Origin: Planctomycetota bacterium
GTDB taxonomy: Bacteria; Planctomycetota; UBA1135; UBA2386
Assembly: GCA_965228735.1 (NCBI GenBank)
Contig: OZ245838.1
Coordinates: 2,016,001 to 2,080,000 of the forward strand
DNA length: 64,000 nucleotides
Direction: 5' to 3'
Part shown: piece after piece, positions 18,241 to 29,414 of the stretch
Position numbering within the stretch: the stretch's first letter is position 1
How the letters are laid out: every line of letters starts with the position of its first letter
Program-made: the position numbers and the translations under genes
The notes under the pieces: generated by a model
What the model was told of the DNA's origin: nothing
Seen by the model: only the letters and a program-made list of their open reading frames with translations
Databases searched by the model: none

Positions 18241-19044
18241 ATGCCGACGGTGCCGGCGGACGCGAGCGGCTCGCTCGGCCTCGCGTTCGCGCACAGCATG
18301 ATCGCGGGCGCCGGCGGCACCGCCATCGGTGCCGTTCCCGTGCTGTTCGTCGCCCGCATCGGTGACCGGCTCGAGAGCGCGCTCGCCGGCTTCAGCGCCG
18401 GCGTGATGCTCGCCGCCGCGTTCTTCGGGCTGCTGCTGCCGGCACTCGAGGACCTCGGCGCGCCGACCGATGCCGGCCCGCTCGCCATCTGGCCGGCGCT
18501 CGTCGGGATCACGCTCGGCGGTCTCGTGATCGCGTCGATCGAGCGCTTCGCCCCGCACGAGCACTTCGCCAAGGGCGCCGAAGGCCGGGCCAGCAATCGC
18601 CTGCACCGCGTCTGGCTCTTCGCCATCGCGTTGAGCCTGCACAACCTGCCCGAGGGCCTCGCGGTCGGCGTCGGGGTCGCTACGGGTGACGATTCCCTGA
18701 GCCTGCCGGTCACGATCGCGATCGGCGTGCAGAACGCCCCCGAGGGCCTGATCGTCGCGGTCGCGTTCCTCACGGCCGGCTACCGGAAATCCACGGCGAT
18801 GCTCGTAACCCTCGCGACCGGGCTCGTCGAGCCGATCGGCGCGATGCTCGGCTACCTCGCGCTACAGGTCGCGACCGCGGCGATGCCGGCGGCGCTCGCG
18901 TTCGCGGCCGGCGCGATGATCTACGTCGTGTCCCACGAGATCATCCCGGAGTCGCATCGCGACGGGCGCTCCGCGATCGCGACGGGGGGCGTGATGGTCG
19001 GCGTGCTCGCGATGCTGCTGATCGATGCGCTGATCGGCGGCTGA
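18241..19044 (+). CDS. ZIP family zinc/divalent metal transporter
   Basis: GFSAGVMLAAAF, PHEH, LHNLPEGLAVG, QNAPEG, TGLVEPIG, AAGAMIYVVSHEIIPESH. Confidence 0.95.
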   Translation: MPTVPADASGSLGLAFAHSMIAGAGGTAIGAVPVLFVARIGDRLESALAGFSAGVMLAAAFFGLLLPALEDLGAPTDAGPLAIWPALVGITLGGLVIASIERFAPHEHFAKGAEGRASNRLHRVWLFAIALSLHNLPEGLAVGVGVATGDDSLSLPVTIAIGVQNAPEGLIVAVAFLTAGYRKSTAMLVTLATGLVEPIGAMLGYLALQVATAAMPAALAFAAGAMIYVVSHEIIPESHRDGRSAIATGGVMVGVLAMLLIDALIGG

Positions 19045-19105
19045 CCGCCGGTCCGCGCGCACGCGCCGCACCCGCGCGCGAACTGCGGCGGACGGCCGGT
19101 GACGC

Positions 19106-19633
19106 CTACCCGCCCTCCCGGATCGCGCGCTTGCTCGCGCGATGCCCGGCCACCGCGAGCACGATGGCGGTCACGAGCAGCAGCCCGACGAGCCCGTAGA
19201 TCCCGATCGGCGGCAGCGCGTCCCAGTCGCCGGTAGCGACGCGCACAGTGCCGAGCATCAGGAACGCCATGAGCACCTGCAGCTCGATGCCGATGACCGC
19301 GACCCCGATCCCGACGGGCCGCAGCGCGCGAATCCGCGCCGCTTCGGGCAGCGCGAAGAAGCGCTCCCGGTCCGGGACGTTGAGCAGACTCGACTTGTTG
19401 CGCGCGAGGCGCTCCGCGAGCGGCGGGATGCCGTAGCCGAGCGCCGCGCCGAAGAGCGCGAGGAGCGCCGGGATCAAGAACCACTCGACGGCGTCGCTCG
19501 GCCCCCAGCGATCGGGGCGGCCGAGCTCGTCGAAGTGCAGCGGGATCTCCTCGGGCAGTCCGGGGTAGAGCGCGCCGGCAAGCGCGAGCTGCCCGGCGAT
19601 CGCGAGACCGAGAACGACCCGCAGCACGAGCAC
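19106..19633 (-). CDS. DUF1648/SdpI-like membrane protein
   Basis: YPGLPEEIPLHFD..GRPDRWG motif and four TM helices. GTG start inferred 8 bp after the asnS stop. Confidence 0.8.
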   Translation of the reverse strand: MLVLRVVLGLAIAGQLALAGALYPGLPEEIPLHFDELGRPDRWGPSDAVEWFLIPALLALFGAALGYGIPPLAERLARNKSSLLNVPDRERFFALPEAARIRALRPVGIGVAVIGIELQVLMAFLMLGTVRVATGDWDALPPIGIYGLVGLLLVTAIVLAVAGHRASKRAIREGG

Positions 19634-19641
19634 GGCGCCGA

Positions 19642-21042
<1,401 letters not shown>

Positions 21043-21204
21043 GGCGGGACTGTGGCTGGTGGGTGACCGGAATCAACCCCCGACGCTCCGTTTGTGCCGG
21101 GGCGTCGAGAATCAGGCGCCAGAGAAACCCGTCGCCCGCGCATCCGCTGCGCGCGCCGCGCCGCGCCGAAGCCCCCCACGACAATTCACACGGAGAACAA
21201 CACC

Positions 21205-21267
21205 ATGCTCAACCGTCTTGCCCCCCTCTTCGCGGCTGCCGCGCTCACGCTCCCGGCGCCCATCGCC
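21205..21267 (+). pseudogene. Orphan RBS plus signal-peptide-coding fragment (possible truncated secreted-protein gene)
   Basis: ggagaacaacacc-ATG, then MLNRLAPLFAAAALTLPAPIA. It runs directly into the stop of the convergent Kelch gene, and the frame beyond looks like an antisense shadow. Confidence 0.4.
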
Positions 21268-22172
21268 TACTCGATGCGACGCCACGCACCGGCCGCCGGC
21301 TCGAGGATCTCCAGACGCGCGGCCGGCTCGCTTGGCACCATGCCGCCGAGCAGCCACATCTCGCCGCCGACCGCCACGGCCGCCGGCATCGCGACGAACG
21401 GCTCGCGGGCCGGCCCGAACTGCCATCCGGCGGTTGCCCGCCAGCTCATGGTCGATGACTCGTCGGTGACCCATAGCGCATCGCCGAGCACGACCGAGCC
21501 GCCGAACTTCGCCCACGTCGGCGCTGGCGGCGCGGGCAACGTCCGCCAGTCCCCAGCCGGGCCGCGAACGGAGTGCCGCGCATGCGGTCCGAACGGCTGG
21601 CCGCCGACCCCGCCCACGACGTGCACCGCACCATCGAGCACGGCGACGTGGTGCAGGTGGTCACCGGGCTCGAAGCCGGGCGGCGGCGCCGCCCGTTCGA
21701 CCGAGCCGCGGTCGACGTCGACGAGCAGGCAACCGCTGCTCGCGAGCGGATGCCCGCCGAGCACGAGGATGCGCCGGCCGAGCGCCACCGCCCCGTGGTG
21801 GGACCGCGGCAGCTCGGGCGTCGCCATGACGTCGACCCAGCGATCGGCCGAGAAGTCGTAGCGTTCGACCCCAGCGCTGATCGCGAACACGGCGCCGTCG
21901 ATGACGACCGAGGCGAAGAAGCTGCCGCCGCGCACCATGTCGGCTCGCCGCTCCCAGTTCGCCGCCCCGGGCGCCAGCCAGAAGGTCTGCACGCGCGCGT
22001 CCTCGCCGGCGCGCGCAGCGGAGCCGCCGAACGCGAGCAGGCCACCGTGCAGCGGCTCGACCCGATGCCCGTGGCGCGGGTGCGGCAACGGCACGGCGCG
22101 CAGCAGCGCCGCGCGCCCCGGCATGACCGAACAGGCCACGGTCGAGAGCATCACGATCAGAGCGCTGCGCAT
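21267..22172 (-). CDS. Kelch-repeat protein, probable lipoprotein
   Basis: Repeats PRHGH....LLAFGG, PRSHHGAVALGRRILVLGG, VHVVGG, MWLLGG with W spacing. N-terminus ...STVA-C. Confidence 0.8.
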   Translation of the reverse strand: MRSALIVMLSTVACSVMPGRAALLRAVPLPHPRHGHRVEPLHGGLLAFGGSAARAGEDARVQTFWLAPGAANWERRADMVRGGSFFASVVIDGAVFAISAGVERYDFSADRWVDVMATPELPRSHHGAVALGRRILVLGGHPLASSGCLLVDVDRGSVERAAPPPGFEPGDHLHHVAVLDGAVHVVGGVGGQPFGPHARHSVRGPAGDWRTLPAPPAPTWAKFGGSVVLGDALWVTDESSTMSWRATAGWQFGPAREPFVAMPAAVAVGGEMWLLGGMVPSEPAARLEILEPAAGAWRRIE

Positions 22173-22237
22173 CGCCGATCGGACGCGCGCCGGGCTCAGG
22201 CTGTTAACCCGCTTCTCGGGTCGGACGCCGATGCTCC

Positions 22238-22318
22238 AGCCCGCTTCGCTCACCAGGATCACGCGCCCCCACGCCGTAATCGCCCGTTGGCCCGCGATCC
22301 TGGTGAGCGAAGCGGGCT
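22238..22318. repeat. Perfect 23-bp inverted repeat with 35-bp spacer
   Basis: agcccgcttcgctcaccaggatc (22238-22260) and its exact reverse complement gatcctggtgagcgaagcgggct (22296-22318). Confidence 0.9.
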
Positions 22319-24542
22319 ACAGCTGCAGGTAGGACGCGCGGTCGGCGCCATCGCAGGCGAGCCGGATCGGATCGCTTCCGATCAACACGAAGCGCTCGGG
22401 CGCGTCGCTCCAGTCGGCCGAGAAGCGATGACGGACCTGCCACGACGCCCCGGCATCGTCCGAGGTCAGCACGCAGGCTCGCCGCCCCCGCCGCAGATCC
22501 GCGAGGTTCTCATCGGCCGAGCACAACGCCACGAGACTCATCGCGGAGACCGCTTCGAGCTGACGGACCTGCAGATCCAAGTGCTCCGGGAACGGACGAA
22601 ACTCGACGGCAGGCTCGGCCGCGCCGACCGCGGCGAGGGGCACGCGCACGAGTCCGTTGGAGTTCTCCAGATCGGTGCCGAAATGCACGAAGTCCGCCGT
22701 CTCGGCCACCGCGGTGAATCCGCTCCAGGGGGCGAGCCACCGTTCGAGCCGCTCGCCGCGTGACGCCACGAGGTGCGTCGCGCGTTCAGGCCCGAAGTCG
22801 CCGGTCGTCACGAACACCTGCCGGCTCGAGGCACCCGCCTCGACCGCGTGCACATGGCGCGCTTCCAGGACATGGTCGAACCTGGTGAACGTGGCCCCCG
22901 CGTCGTGGCTGCGGTACAGGACCGCGCAACGCACCCCGGGAGCCGTGCCGTATTCTCCCACCCAGACCACACCGTCACGGTCGACGGCGACGCCGCCCGC
23001 GCGAACGTGCGAGCGGCCATCCGAGAGCGCGAGGACGGAACGTGCCTGGGTGCGCGCCGACGCGGACACGACGACTCGCAGCAACTCGCCGCTCTCCTCG
23101 AACGACGCGAGGAGCGTGTCACCGGCGACGAAGGTCAGGAGGGCACACCGCCGCCCCTGTTCGTCGAGATTCACGACCGGCGCCGGCCGGGCGAGCGGCT
23201 CCGAGGCCGCGAAGAGCTGCCCATCCGCGACGAACCAGAATCGACCATCCGCACCGAGCGCGCTCGCATCGCGGGCGTGCGACAAGGCCTCGACGTGCCG
23301 AGCCAGCTCGCCATCCGAGAACGCATTCTCGACCCGCTCATGGGTTGGCGCGGGCTGCGACGCCGACCGCACCGGTTGCCCGGCTCGCCGCCGGCGCTGG
23401 TGCGACGTCGAGAGCCGACCGAGCCAGAGCCGCCCACGTCTCATCACGTCCTGCACGGGCGCGGCCCGACGCTTCGGCAGATGCGGCGCATACTCGCAAC
23501 CCGAGCAGAACACCGTACCGCGCCGGTCGTAGTGCGCCTGCCGCAGCCGACGCAGCGGTTCGCCGTTCCAGATCGCGAGCGGGCTCTCGTAGCGCACGTC
23601 GCCGAGCATGTAATCGGTAGGCTTGCAGCACGGGTAGACCTCACCCGTGTACATGACCGAGAAGCTCTGCGAGAGGAAGTAGCACACCCCCGCATCGTCG
23701 ATCGTCGGCGGGACCTTGGCGCGGATCGGACGCACCCAGACCGGCGCGCGACCGAGCGAAGTCGCGAGCAGATTCACGCCGACGTCGCGCGCCGCGTCCT
23801 CCGCGGCGGCCAGGTGGCGGTCGATCTCCGCCGCGGAGAAGTGGCGCGTCGGTTCCTCGTCGCGGGACGACGGCACCTCGTGGCGCAGGCGCTGCAGCGC
23901 GACCCCGTCGACCCCGAACTTCGCGGCGAAGCGCACGAGGTCCGCCAGGTGCGGCAGATTGCTCGCCATGACGACGCCACTCAACGAGAACAGCATGTCG
24001 TCCTCGCCATCGCGCCGGCGCTCCCGAACCATCGTCAGGCGCTCGACGAGCTTGTCGAACGACGACCCGAGCCGGATCTTCTCGTAGATCGCAGGCACCG
24101 CGCAGTCGACCGAGATGTTGAGGTGGTCGAGCACCGGCCGCATCAGATCGAACTTCCGCTCGTCCATCAGGATGCCGTTCGTCACGACATCGAGGCGCGT
24201 CTCGTGGCGCCGCGCCGCGTCGACGATCGCCTCGAACCCGACTCCGAGCGGCTCACCGCCGGCCGTCGTCATGACGACCTTCATCGCCGTCGGCAGCAAC
24301 TCCGCGGCGACGAGCTCCACGACACCATCGTCGAGCCGATGCTTGCCCTGCTCATAGTGGCGCGGACACATCACGCAACGCAGGTTGCAGATGTCGGTGC
24401 TGTTGAAGGTGACGATCTCGGGCAGCCCGCGCAACTCGACCCGTCCGGCCGCGATCTCCTCGCGCAGAAGTCGACTGTTCTCGAGCTTGAGGCGGGCGGC
24501 CGCGCTGCCGTTCCTGGCCCGGACTTGCAGGTTCTGCGTCAT
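22317..24542 (-). CDS. Radical SAM/SPASM(twitch) protein fused to C-terminal Asp-box beta-propeller
   Basis: CNLRCVMC, GGEP, TNG, ISVD. SPASM-like CYF...GEVYPCC...GD......IWNG....LR...CSGC. Asp-boxes RSHDAGATF and TSDDAGASW. Confidence 0.85.
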   Translation of the reverse strand: MTQNLQVRARNGSAAARLKLENSRLLREEIAAGRVELRGLPEIVTFNSTDICNLRCVMCPRHYEQGKHRLDDGVVELVAAELLPTAMKVVMTTAGGEPLGVGFEAIVDAARRHETRLDVVTNGILMDERKFDLMRPVLDHLNISVDCAVPAIYEKIRLGSSFDKLVERLTMVRERRRDGEDDMLFSLSGVVMASNLPHLADLVRFAAKFGVDGVALQRLRHEVPSSRDEEPTRHFSAAEIDRHLAAAEDAARDVGVNLLATSLGRAPVWVRPIRAKVPPTIDDAGVCYFLSQSFSVMYTGEVYPCCKPTDYMLGDVRYESPLAIWNGEPLRRLRQAHYDRRGTVFCSGCEYAPHLPKRRAAPVQDVMRRGRLWLGRLSTSHQRRRRAGQPVRSASQPAPTHERVENAFSDGELARHVEALSHARDASALGADGRFWFVADGQLFAASEPLARPAPVVNLDEQGRRCALLTFVAGDTLLASFEESGELLRVVVSASARTQARSVLALSDGRSHVRAGGVAVDRDGVVWVGEYGTAPGVRCAVLYRSHDAGATFTRFDHVLEARHVHAVEAGASSRQVFVTTGDFGPERATHLVASRGERLERWLAPWSGFTAVAETADFVHFGTDLENSNGLVRVPLAAVGAAEPAVEFRPFPEHLDLQVRQLEAVSAMSLVALCSADENLADLRRGRRACVLTSDDAGASWQVRHRFSADWSDAPERFVLIGSDPIRLACDGADRASYLQL

Positions 24543-24677
24543 GCGTGCACTCGGTTGGTCCCCGCGCGCACGATAGTCGCATCCACCGGACGCCGCGACT
24601 CCCCTCGGTCCAACCACGCAGTCGGAAACCCGCCGCCGTGCCGGCGAACCGATGCACAGGCAGCGACGGGGAACGCG

Positions 24678-26291
24678 CTACGAGAAGAAGTCGTTGCCCT
24701 TGTCGTCGACCACCATGAACGCCGGGAAGTCCTTCACCTGGATCTTCCACACGGCCTCCATGCCGAGTTCTTCGTAGTCGAGCACCTCGACCTTGGTGAT
24801 CGAGTCGCGGGCGAGGATCGCGGCCGGGCCGCCGATCGAGCCGAGATAGAACCCGCCGTGCTCCTTGCATGCGGCCGTGACCGCCTTGCTGCGGTTGCCC
24901 TTCGCGAGCATGACGAAGCTGCCGCCGGCCGCCTGGAACTCATCGACGTAGGCGTCCATGCGCCCCGCCGTCGTCGGGCCGAACGAACCCGACGCCATGC
25001 CCGCCGGCGTCTTCGCGGGCCCGGCGTAGTAGACGACGTTGTCCTTGATGTAGTCCGGCAGGCCCTGGCCGTTCTGCAGCCGTTCGCGCAGCCGCGCGTG
25101 GGCGATGTCCCGCGCCACGACCATCGTGCCGGACAGCTTGAAGCGCGTCTTGATCGGATACTTGCTCAACGTCGCGCGAATCGCGCTCATCGGCTGCTCG
25201 AGATCGATCGCGACGACCTCGCCGTCGAGCTGCGACTCGTCGACCTCGGGCAGGAAGCGCGCAGGGTTGGTCTCGAGCTGCTCGAGGAAGACACCGTCCT
25301 TCGTGATCTTGCCCTTCGCCTGCCGGTCCGCGCTGCACGACACGCCGATGCCAACGGGGCAGCTCGCGCCGTGGCGCGGGAGCCGGATCACGCGCACGTC
25401 GTGACAGAAGTACTTGCCGCCGAACTGGGCGCCGATGCCGTTCTGCCGCGTGATGTCGAGCACCTGCTGCTCGAGCTCGAGGTCACGGAACGCCCGCCCG
25501 CGCTCGTTGCCCGTCGTCGGCAGCGTATCGAGGTAGCGCGCGCTCGCGAGCTTGACGGTCTTGAGCGTGAACTCGGCCGACATGCCGCCGATGACGATCG
25601 CGAGGTGATAGGGCGGGCACGCCGCGGTGCCGAGCCGACGCGTCTCGCGGTCGATCCACGCGAGCAGCTTCTCGGGGTTGAGCAGCGCCTTGGTCTCCTG
25701 GAACAGGAACGTCTTGTTCGCCGACCCCCCGCCCTTGGTCATGAACAGGAAGTGGTACTCGTCCGCATGCGCGCCGCCGTCCGCCGCGTAGAGCTCGATC
25801 TGCGCGGGCAGGTTGTCGCCCGTGTTCTGCTCGCGGTAGACGTCGAGCGGAGCCATCTGCGAGTACCGCAGGCTGGTCTCCGTGAACGTGCGGTGCACTC
25901 CCGAACTGATCGCCTCCTCGTCGCTCCCCGTGGTCCAGACGTTCTGGCCCTTCTTCCCGATGACGATCGCCGTCCCGGTGTCCTGACACCCGGGCAAGAC
26001 CATGCCCGCCGCGACGTTCGCGTTCTGCAGCAGCTGCAGGGCCACGAACCGGTCGTTCGCCGAAGCCTCGGAGTCGTCGAGAATGTCGCGCAGCTGCTGC
26101 AGGTGGCCGGGCCGCAACAGGTGGCTGATGTCCCGCACGGCCGCGAACGTCAATTCGTGCAGCGCCGCCGGCGCGACCTGCAGGATGGTGCGGCCGAGGG
26201 CCTCGACGGTCGCCACGTGATCGGTCGTGAGCAGGCGATACGGAGTGTCGTCGGCGCCGAGTTCGAAGATCGGTTGGAACGAGAACGACAT
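24678..26291 (-). CDS. fumA: Class I (Fe-S) fumarate hydratase
   Basis: [85 protein letters not shown]. Confidence 0.95.
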   Translation of the reverse strand: MSFSFQPIFELGADDTPYRLLTTDHVATVEALGRTILQVAPAALHELTFAAVRDISHLLRPGHLQQLRDILDDSEASANDRFVALQLLQNANVAAGMVLPGCQDTGTAIVIGKKGQNVWTTGSDEEAISSGVHRTFTETSLRYSQMAPLDVYREQNTGDNLPAQIELYAADGGAHADEYHFLFMTKGGGSANKTFLFQETKALLNPEKLLAWIDRETRRLGTAACPPYHLAIVIGGMSAEFTLKTVKLASARYLDTLPTTGNERGRAFRDLELEQQVLDITRQNGIGAQFGGKYFCHDVRVIRLPRHGASCPVGIGVSCSADRQAKGKITKDGVFLEQLETNPARFLPEVDESQLDGEVVAIDLEQPMSAIRATLSKYPIKTRFKLSGTMVVARDIAHARLRERLQNGQGLPDYIKDNVVYYAGPAKTPAGMASGSFGPTTAGRMDAYVDEFQAAGGSFVMLAKGNRSKAVTAACKEHGGFYLGSIGGPAAILARDSITKVEVLDYEELGMEAVWKIQVKDFPAFMVVDDKGNDFFS

Positions 26292-26499
26292 CGCCGCAGC
26301 TTGACCGCTGGGATCGACCGATTCCAGTCGACGGAAAACGCCGATCGCCGCTGTCAGATTGCGGCCGCCCGCATCGGCCGCGAGCGAAACTTCATCCTGC
26401 CGGAGACGAGAAACTGCCGGTGCTGGCGCTATTCTGGGGGGGCGATCCAGTCCCGCAAGAACCGCAAACTCGCCACATCGCAAAGAGGGGAACCAACCA

Positions 26500-28209
26500 A
26501 TGCTGACGACATCTCTGCTGCTCGCCACCACCATGATGCCGCAGGGGCCGGGCACCTCGACGGCTCCGATCGTCATCAACGAATTTAGCTACGACGACAC
26601 CGGCGCCAACGACCGCGTGTTCGTCGAACTCTACAACCGCTCGAACTCCCGGGTCGACATCTCGGGCTGGATCCTCCAGGGCTACGACGGCACCTCCACC
26701 ACGCCGACGAACGCCAACGTCACGATCCAGGCCAACACCATTCTCGTCCCCGGTCAGTTCTTCGTCGTCGGTCAGGCCGCCGGAGTGCCCAACGTCGACC
26801 AGGACGTGCCGACGATGAACACGGTCCTCGAGACCGGCCCGGACGGGCTGGCGCTCGAGATGCCGACCGGCGCCGTCGTCGACGCGGTGGCGTGGGAATA
26901 TGCGGGCTGGTCCAACCCGGTGCCGGCCTGGCTCGAGGGCGACGGACTCTTCGGTGACACGCTCAACTCGGACAGCAACCCGCAGTCCGCGAGCCGCGTG
27001 TTCGACGGCTACGACACCGACAGCAACGGCTGCGACTTCCGCGTCGCGCGCTGGTCGCCCGGCACGGCGAACGACGCCGCGCACAGTTCGCCCCCGAACT
27101 ACGAGAACAACTTCGACGGCGCGATCGGCAGCGATGTGAGCGCCGACTTCAACTACTCGTTCGTGCCGGGCACGGTCGAGGACCCGGCGGCGCTCGGCGT
27201 CCCGACCTCGCCGCAGGGCGGCAACGTCTCGACGTGGTACGACGCGACCGGCGGCGGCAACGCGAACTACTTCAGCGCCCCGACGAAGAGCGACTGGGTC
27301 GTCGAGTTCTACGCCTACCTGCGCGGCCCGACGCCGTCCATGGACGCCGATGACGTCGAGACCTGGGCGGTCGGCGTGCGCGGCTCGACCGATTCGTTCG
27401 GTGAACCGGCCGACATCGGCGGGCTCTACAACTACGTCGGATTCAGCTCGTGGGATCCGGGCTGCACGGGCCTGGCCTACTTCATGGACATCCGGAAGAA
27501 CAACTCCAACCTCTACCTCGTCGACTTCAACGACGGCGGCACCGACCCGACGGTCCTCGTCGGCCCGATCTCCGTGCTGCAGGACGGTTGGATGCGCCTG
27601 CGCGTCAGCGTGCTCGGCGACACGGTCAAGTGCAACGTCGGCGGCACCTACGGCTGCGACGACGGCAACCGGTTCGCGTCGAGCGGCATCAGCAACAACC
27701 CGGGCAGCGTCTACATCCAGTACCGCGAGAACGTGAGCGCCTCCGGCGTTCACCGCCCGCTCACGATCGACGCGCTCTGCATCAACGAGAACTTCGCGGC
27801 CAGCTTCACGAGCGTCGGCACCGGCTCCCCGACTTCCGTCGGCATCCCGGTGATCGCCCCCGTCAGCGCCCCGACGATCGGCAACCTCGTGTTCCAGCTC
27901 GCGGGCAGCAACCTCGTGCCGAACAGCTTCAGCTTCATGCTGCTGACCGTCGGTGACGCCACCCTGCCGGGCACCCAGATCCCGGGCGCCCAGGCCGGCG
28001 CGTTGCTCTTCGTCGACAACGTCGGCGCGGCGACGTTCTTCAACGCGAACGACGCCCAGGGCAACTCGGTCAACGGTTGCCCGTTGGCGTGCTCCGCCAC
28101 GTTCACGGGCCTGCCGCTCGCGGCGCAGATCATCGACTTCGACCTGAGCCTGCCGGACGCGGTGCCGGTCGGCACGTCGGCCGGGCTCGACATCACGTTG
28201 GGCAACTGA
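26500..28209 (+). CDS. Secreted lamin-tail-domain protein with shared C-terminal domain
   Basis: IVINEFSYD.....FVELYN.....VDISGWIL (LTD), DTDSN..DF....SPG..N. C-terminal VGTGS....P...P.IG...G....AQ..D...[13 protein letters not shown] gagggg. Confidence 0.85.
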   Translation: MLTTSLLLATTMMPQGPGTSTAPIVINEFSYDDTGANDRVFVELYNRSNSRVDISGWILQGYDGTSTTPTNANVTIQANTILVPGQFFVVGQAAGVPNVDQDVPTMNTVLETGPDGLALEMPTGAVVDAVAWEYAGWSNPVPAWLEGDGLFGDTLNSDSNPQSASRVFDGYDTDSNGCDFRVARWSPGTANDAAHSSPPNYENNFDGAIGSDVSADFNYSFVPGTVEDPAALGVPTSPQGGNVSTWYDATGGGNANYFSAPTKSDWVVEFYAYLRGPTPSMDADDVETWAVGVRGSTDSFGEPADIGGLYNYVGFSSWDPGCTGLAYFMDIRKNNSNLYLVDFNDGGTDPTVLVGPISVLQDGWMRLRVSVLGDTVKCNVGGTYGCDDGNRFASSGISNNPGSVYIQYRENVSASGVHRPLTIDALCINENFAASFTSVGTGSPTSVGIPVIAPVSAPTIGNLVFQLAGSNLVPNSFSFMLLTVGDATLPGTQIPGAQAGALLFVDNVGAATFFNANDAQGNSVNGCPLACSATFTGLPLAAQIIDFDLSLPDAVPVGTSAGLDITLGN

Positions 28210-28304
28210 TCGGCGACTCGGTCCGGCCAGCTGTCGCGTGAAATCGCGTGGCGGCCGCGGAACGTCCGATGGTCGCCCCGTCACGCATCTCGTAGGCTGC
28301 GGCG

Positions 28305-29414
28305 ATGGCAGCTCCATCGCCCGCCCGCCTGTGCTTCGCCGCCGCGCACGTCGCGCTGCACGACAGCTACGAGCACACTGGCCACACGCTCGCGCGCCCC
28401 GGCCTCCCCGCCGAGTTCGCGGAGCACATCGACTGGCCCACGACGATGGGCATCCGGCGGCGGCTCGCCGAGCACGGTTTCGGCATCGCCGAGGCGATGG
28501 ACACCGCGCAGCGGTTCTTCCTCGGCTGGGATCTCGCCGAGGAGCTCATCCGACGCTGCGCCGGCGAACGGCTCGCGACCGGGTTCTGCGCGGGCGCCGG
28601 GGTCGATCACCTCCGCTCCATCGCGGGACCCGACGACCTCGTCGCCGGGGTCGTGTTCCAGGCCGAGCGCATTCACGAACTCGGCGGCATCCCGGTACTC
28701 CTGCCGATGCCGTGGCTCAGCCAGAACGGTTGCGCTGCCGCCGTCTACGTCGACGTCTACCGCCGGATCATCGAGCGCGCACCCGGCCCGCTCTTCCTGC
28801 ACTGGCTCGGACCGATGTTCCTGCCGAGCCTCGCGGGCTACTTCCCCGGCGACTCGTTCCTGCAGATCATGGGCCTCGATCGCAGGAAGGTCCGCGGCTG
28901 CAAGCTGTCGCTGCTCGACGACGCGCTCGAACTGCGGGTGCGGCGCGAACTCCTGCCGCACGACCAGATCGTCCTCACCGGCGACGACTTCCACTTCGGC
29001 CGCCTGATCCTCGGCGGCGATCCGCAGGGTGAGGCGCCGACCGCGCCACCGGCCATCGAACGGTGGACCGAGATCGGTGGCCATCGCGTCGCGCTCGGCG
29101 ACTTCAGCCACGCGCTGCTCGGTGTGCTCGACGGCATCGCGACGCCGGCAGGACGTGCACTGCAGGCGCTGCAGAGCGGCGATGCCAGCACGTATCTCGA
29201 GCTCATGCGGCCATGCGAGGAGCTCTCCCGTCACGTGTTCGCCGAACCGACGCAGCACTACAAGGCGGGCCTCGCCTACCTCGCGCACCAGAACGGCTGG
29301 CAACCCAACGCGATGCTGCTGAATCGCGAGGACCTCGCGCGCGATGCGGCCCACTATCGACGCTGCGCCGAGCTCGCGCGCGCCGCCGGCGTCCTCGACG
29401 GATCGGTGCGGTGA
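28305..29414 (+). CDS. DUF993 family protein (DHDPS-like TIM barrel)
   Basis: FAAAHV, IDW..T...R, GFGIAEAMDTAQR, GAGVDHL, LHWLGPMF.P.L.GY, KLSLLD, TGDDF, FSHALLG, P..HYKAG. Confidence 0.85.
   Translation: MAAPSPARLCFAAAHVALHDSYEHTGHTLARPGLPAEFAEHIDWPTTMGIRRRLAEHGFGIAEAMDTAQRFFLGWDLAEELIRRCAGERLATGFCAGAGVDHLRSIAGPDDLVAGVVFQAERIHELGGIPVLLPMPWLSQNGCAAAVYVDVYRRIIERAPGPLFLHWLGPMFLPSLAGYFPGDSFLQIMGLDRRKVRGCKLSLLDDALELRVRRELLPHDQIVLTGDDFHFGRLILGGDPQGEAPTAPPAIERWTEIGGHRVALGDFSHALLGVLDGIATPAGRALQALQSGDASTYLELMRPCEELSRHVFAEPTQHYKAGLAYLAHQNGWQPNAMLLNREDLARDAAHYRRCAELARAAGVLDGSVR

Noticed and set aside
19044..19105. Imperfect GC hairpin between the convergent ZIP and DUF1648 genes
   Set aside because: Probably a bidirectional terminator-like stem, but imperfect and without a U-tract. 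Too weak to call.
22773..26588. 1271-aa plus-strand ORF, and other long ORFs such as 232-1803, 40289-41920, 42524-44923, 51717-54917 and 16091-18061
   Set aside because: Antisense shadows of well-supported genes in high-GC DNA. They are Arg/Val/Asp-rich with no family motifs.
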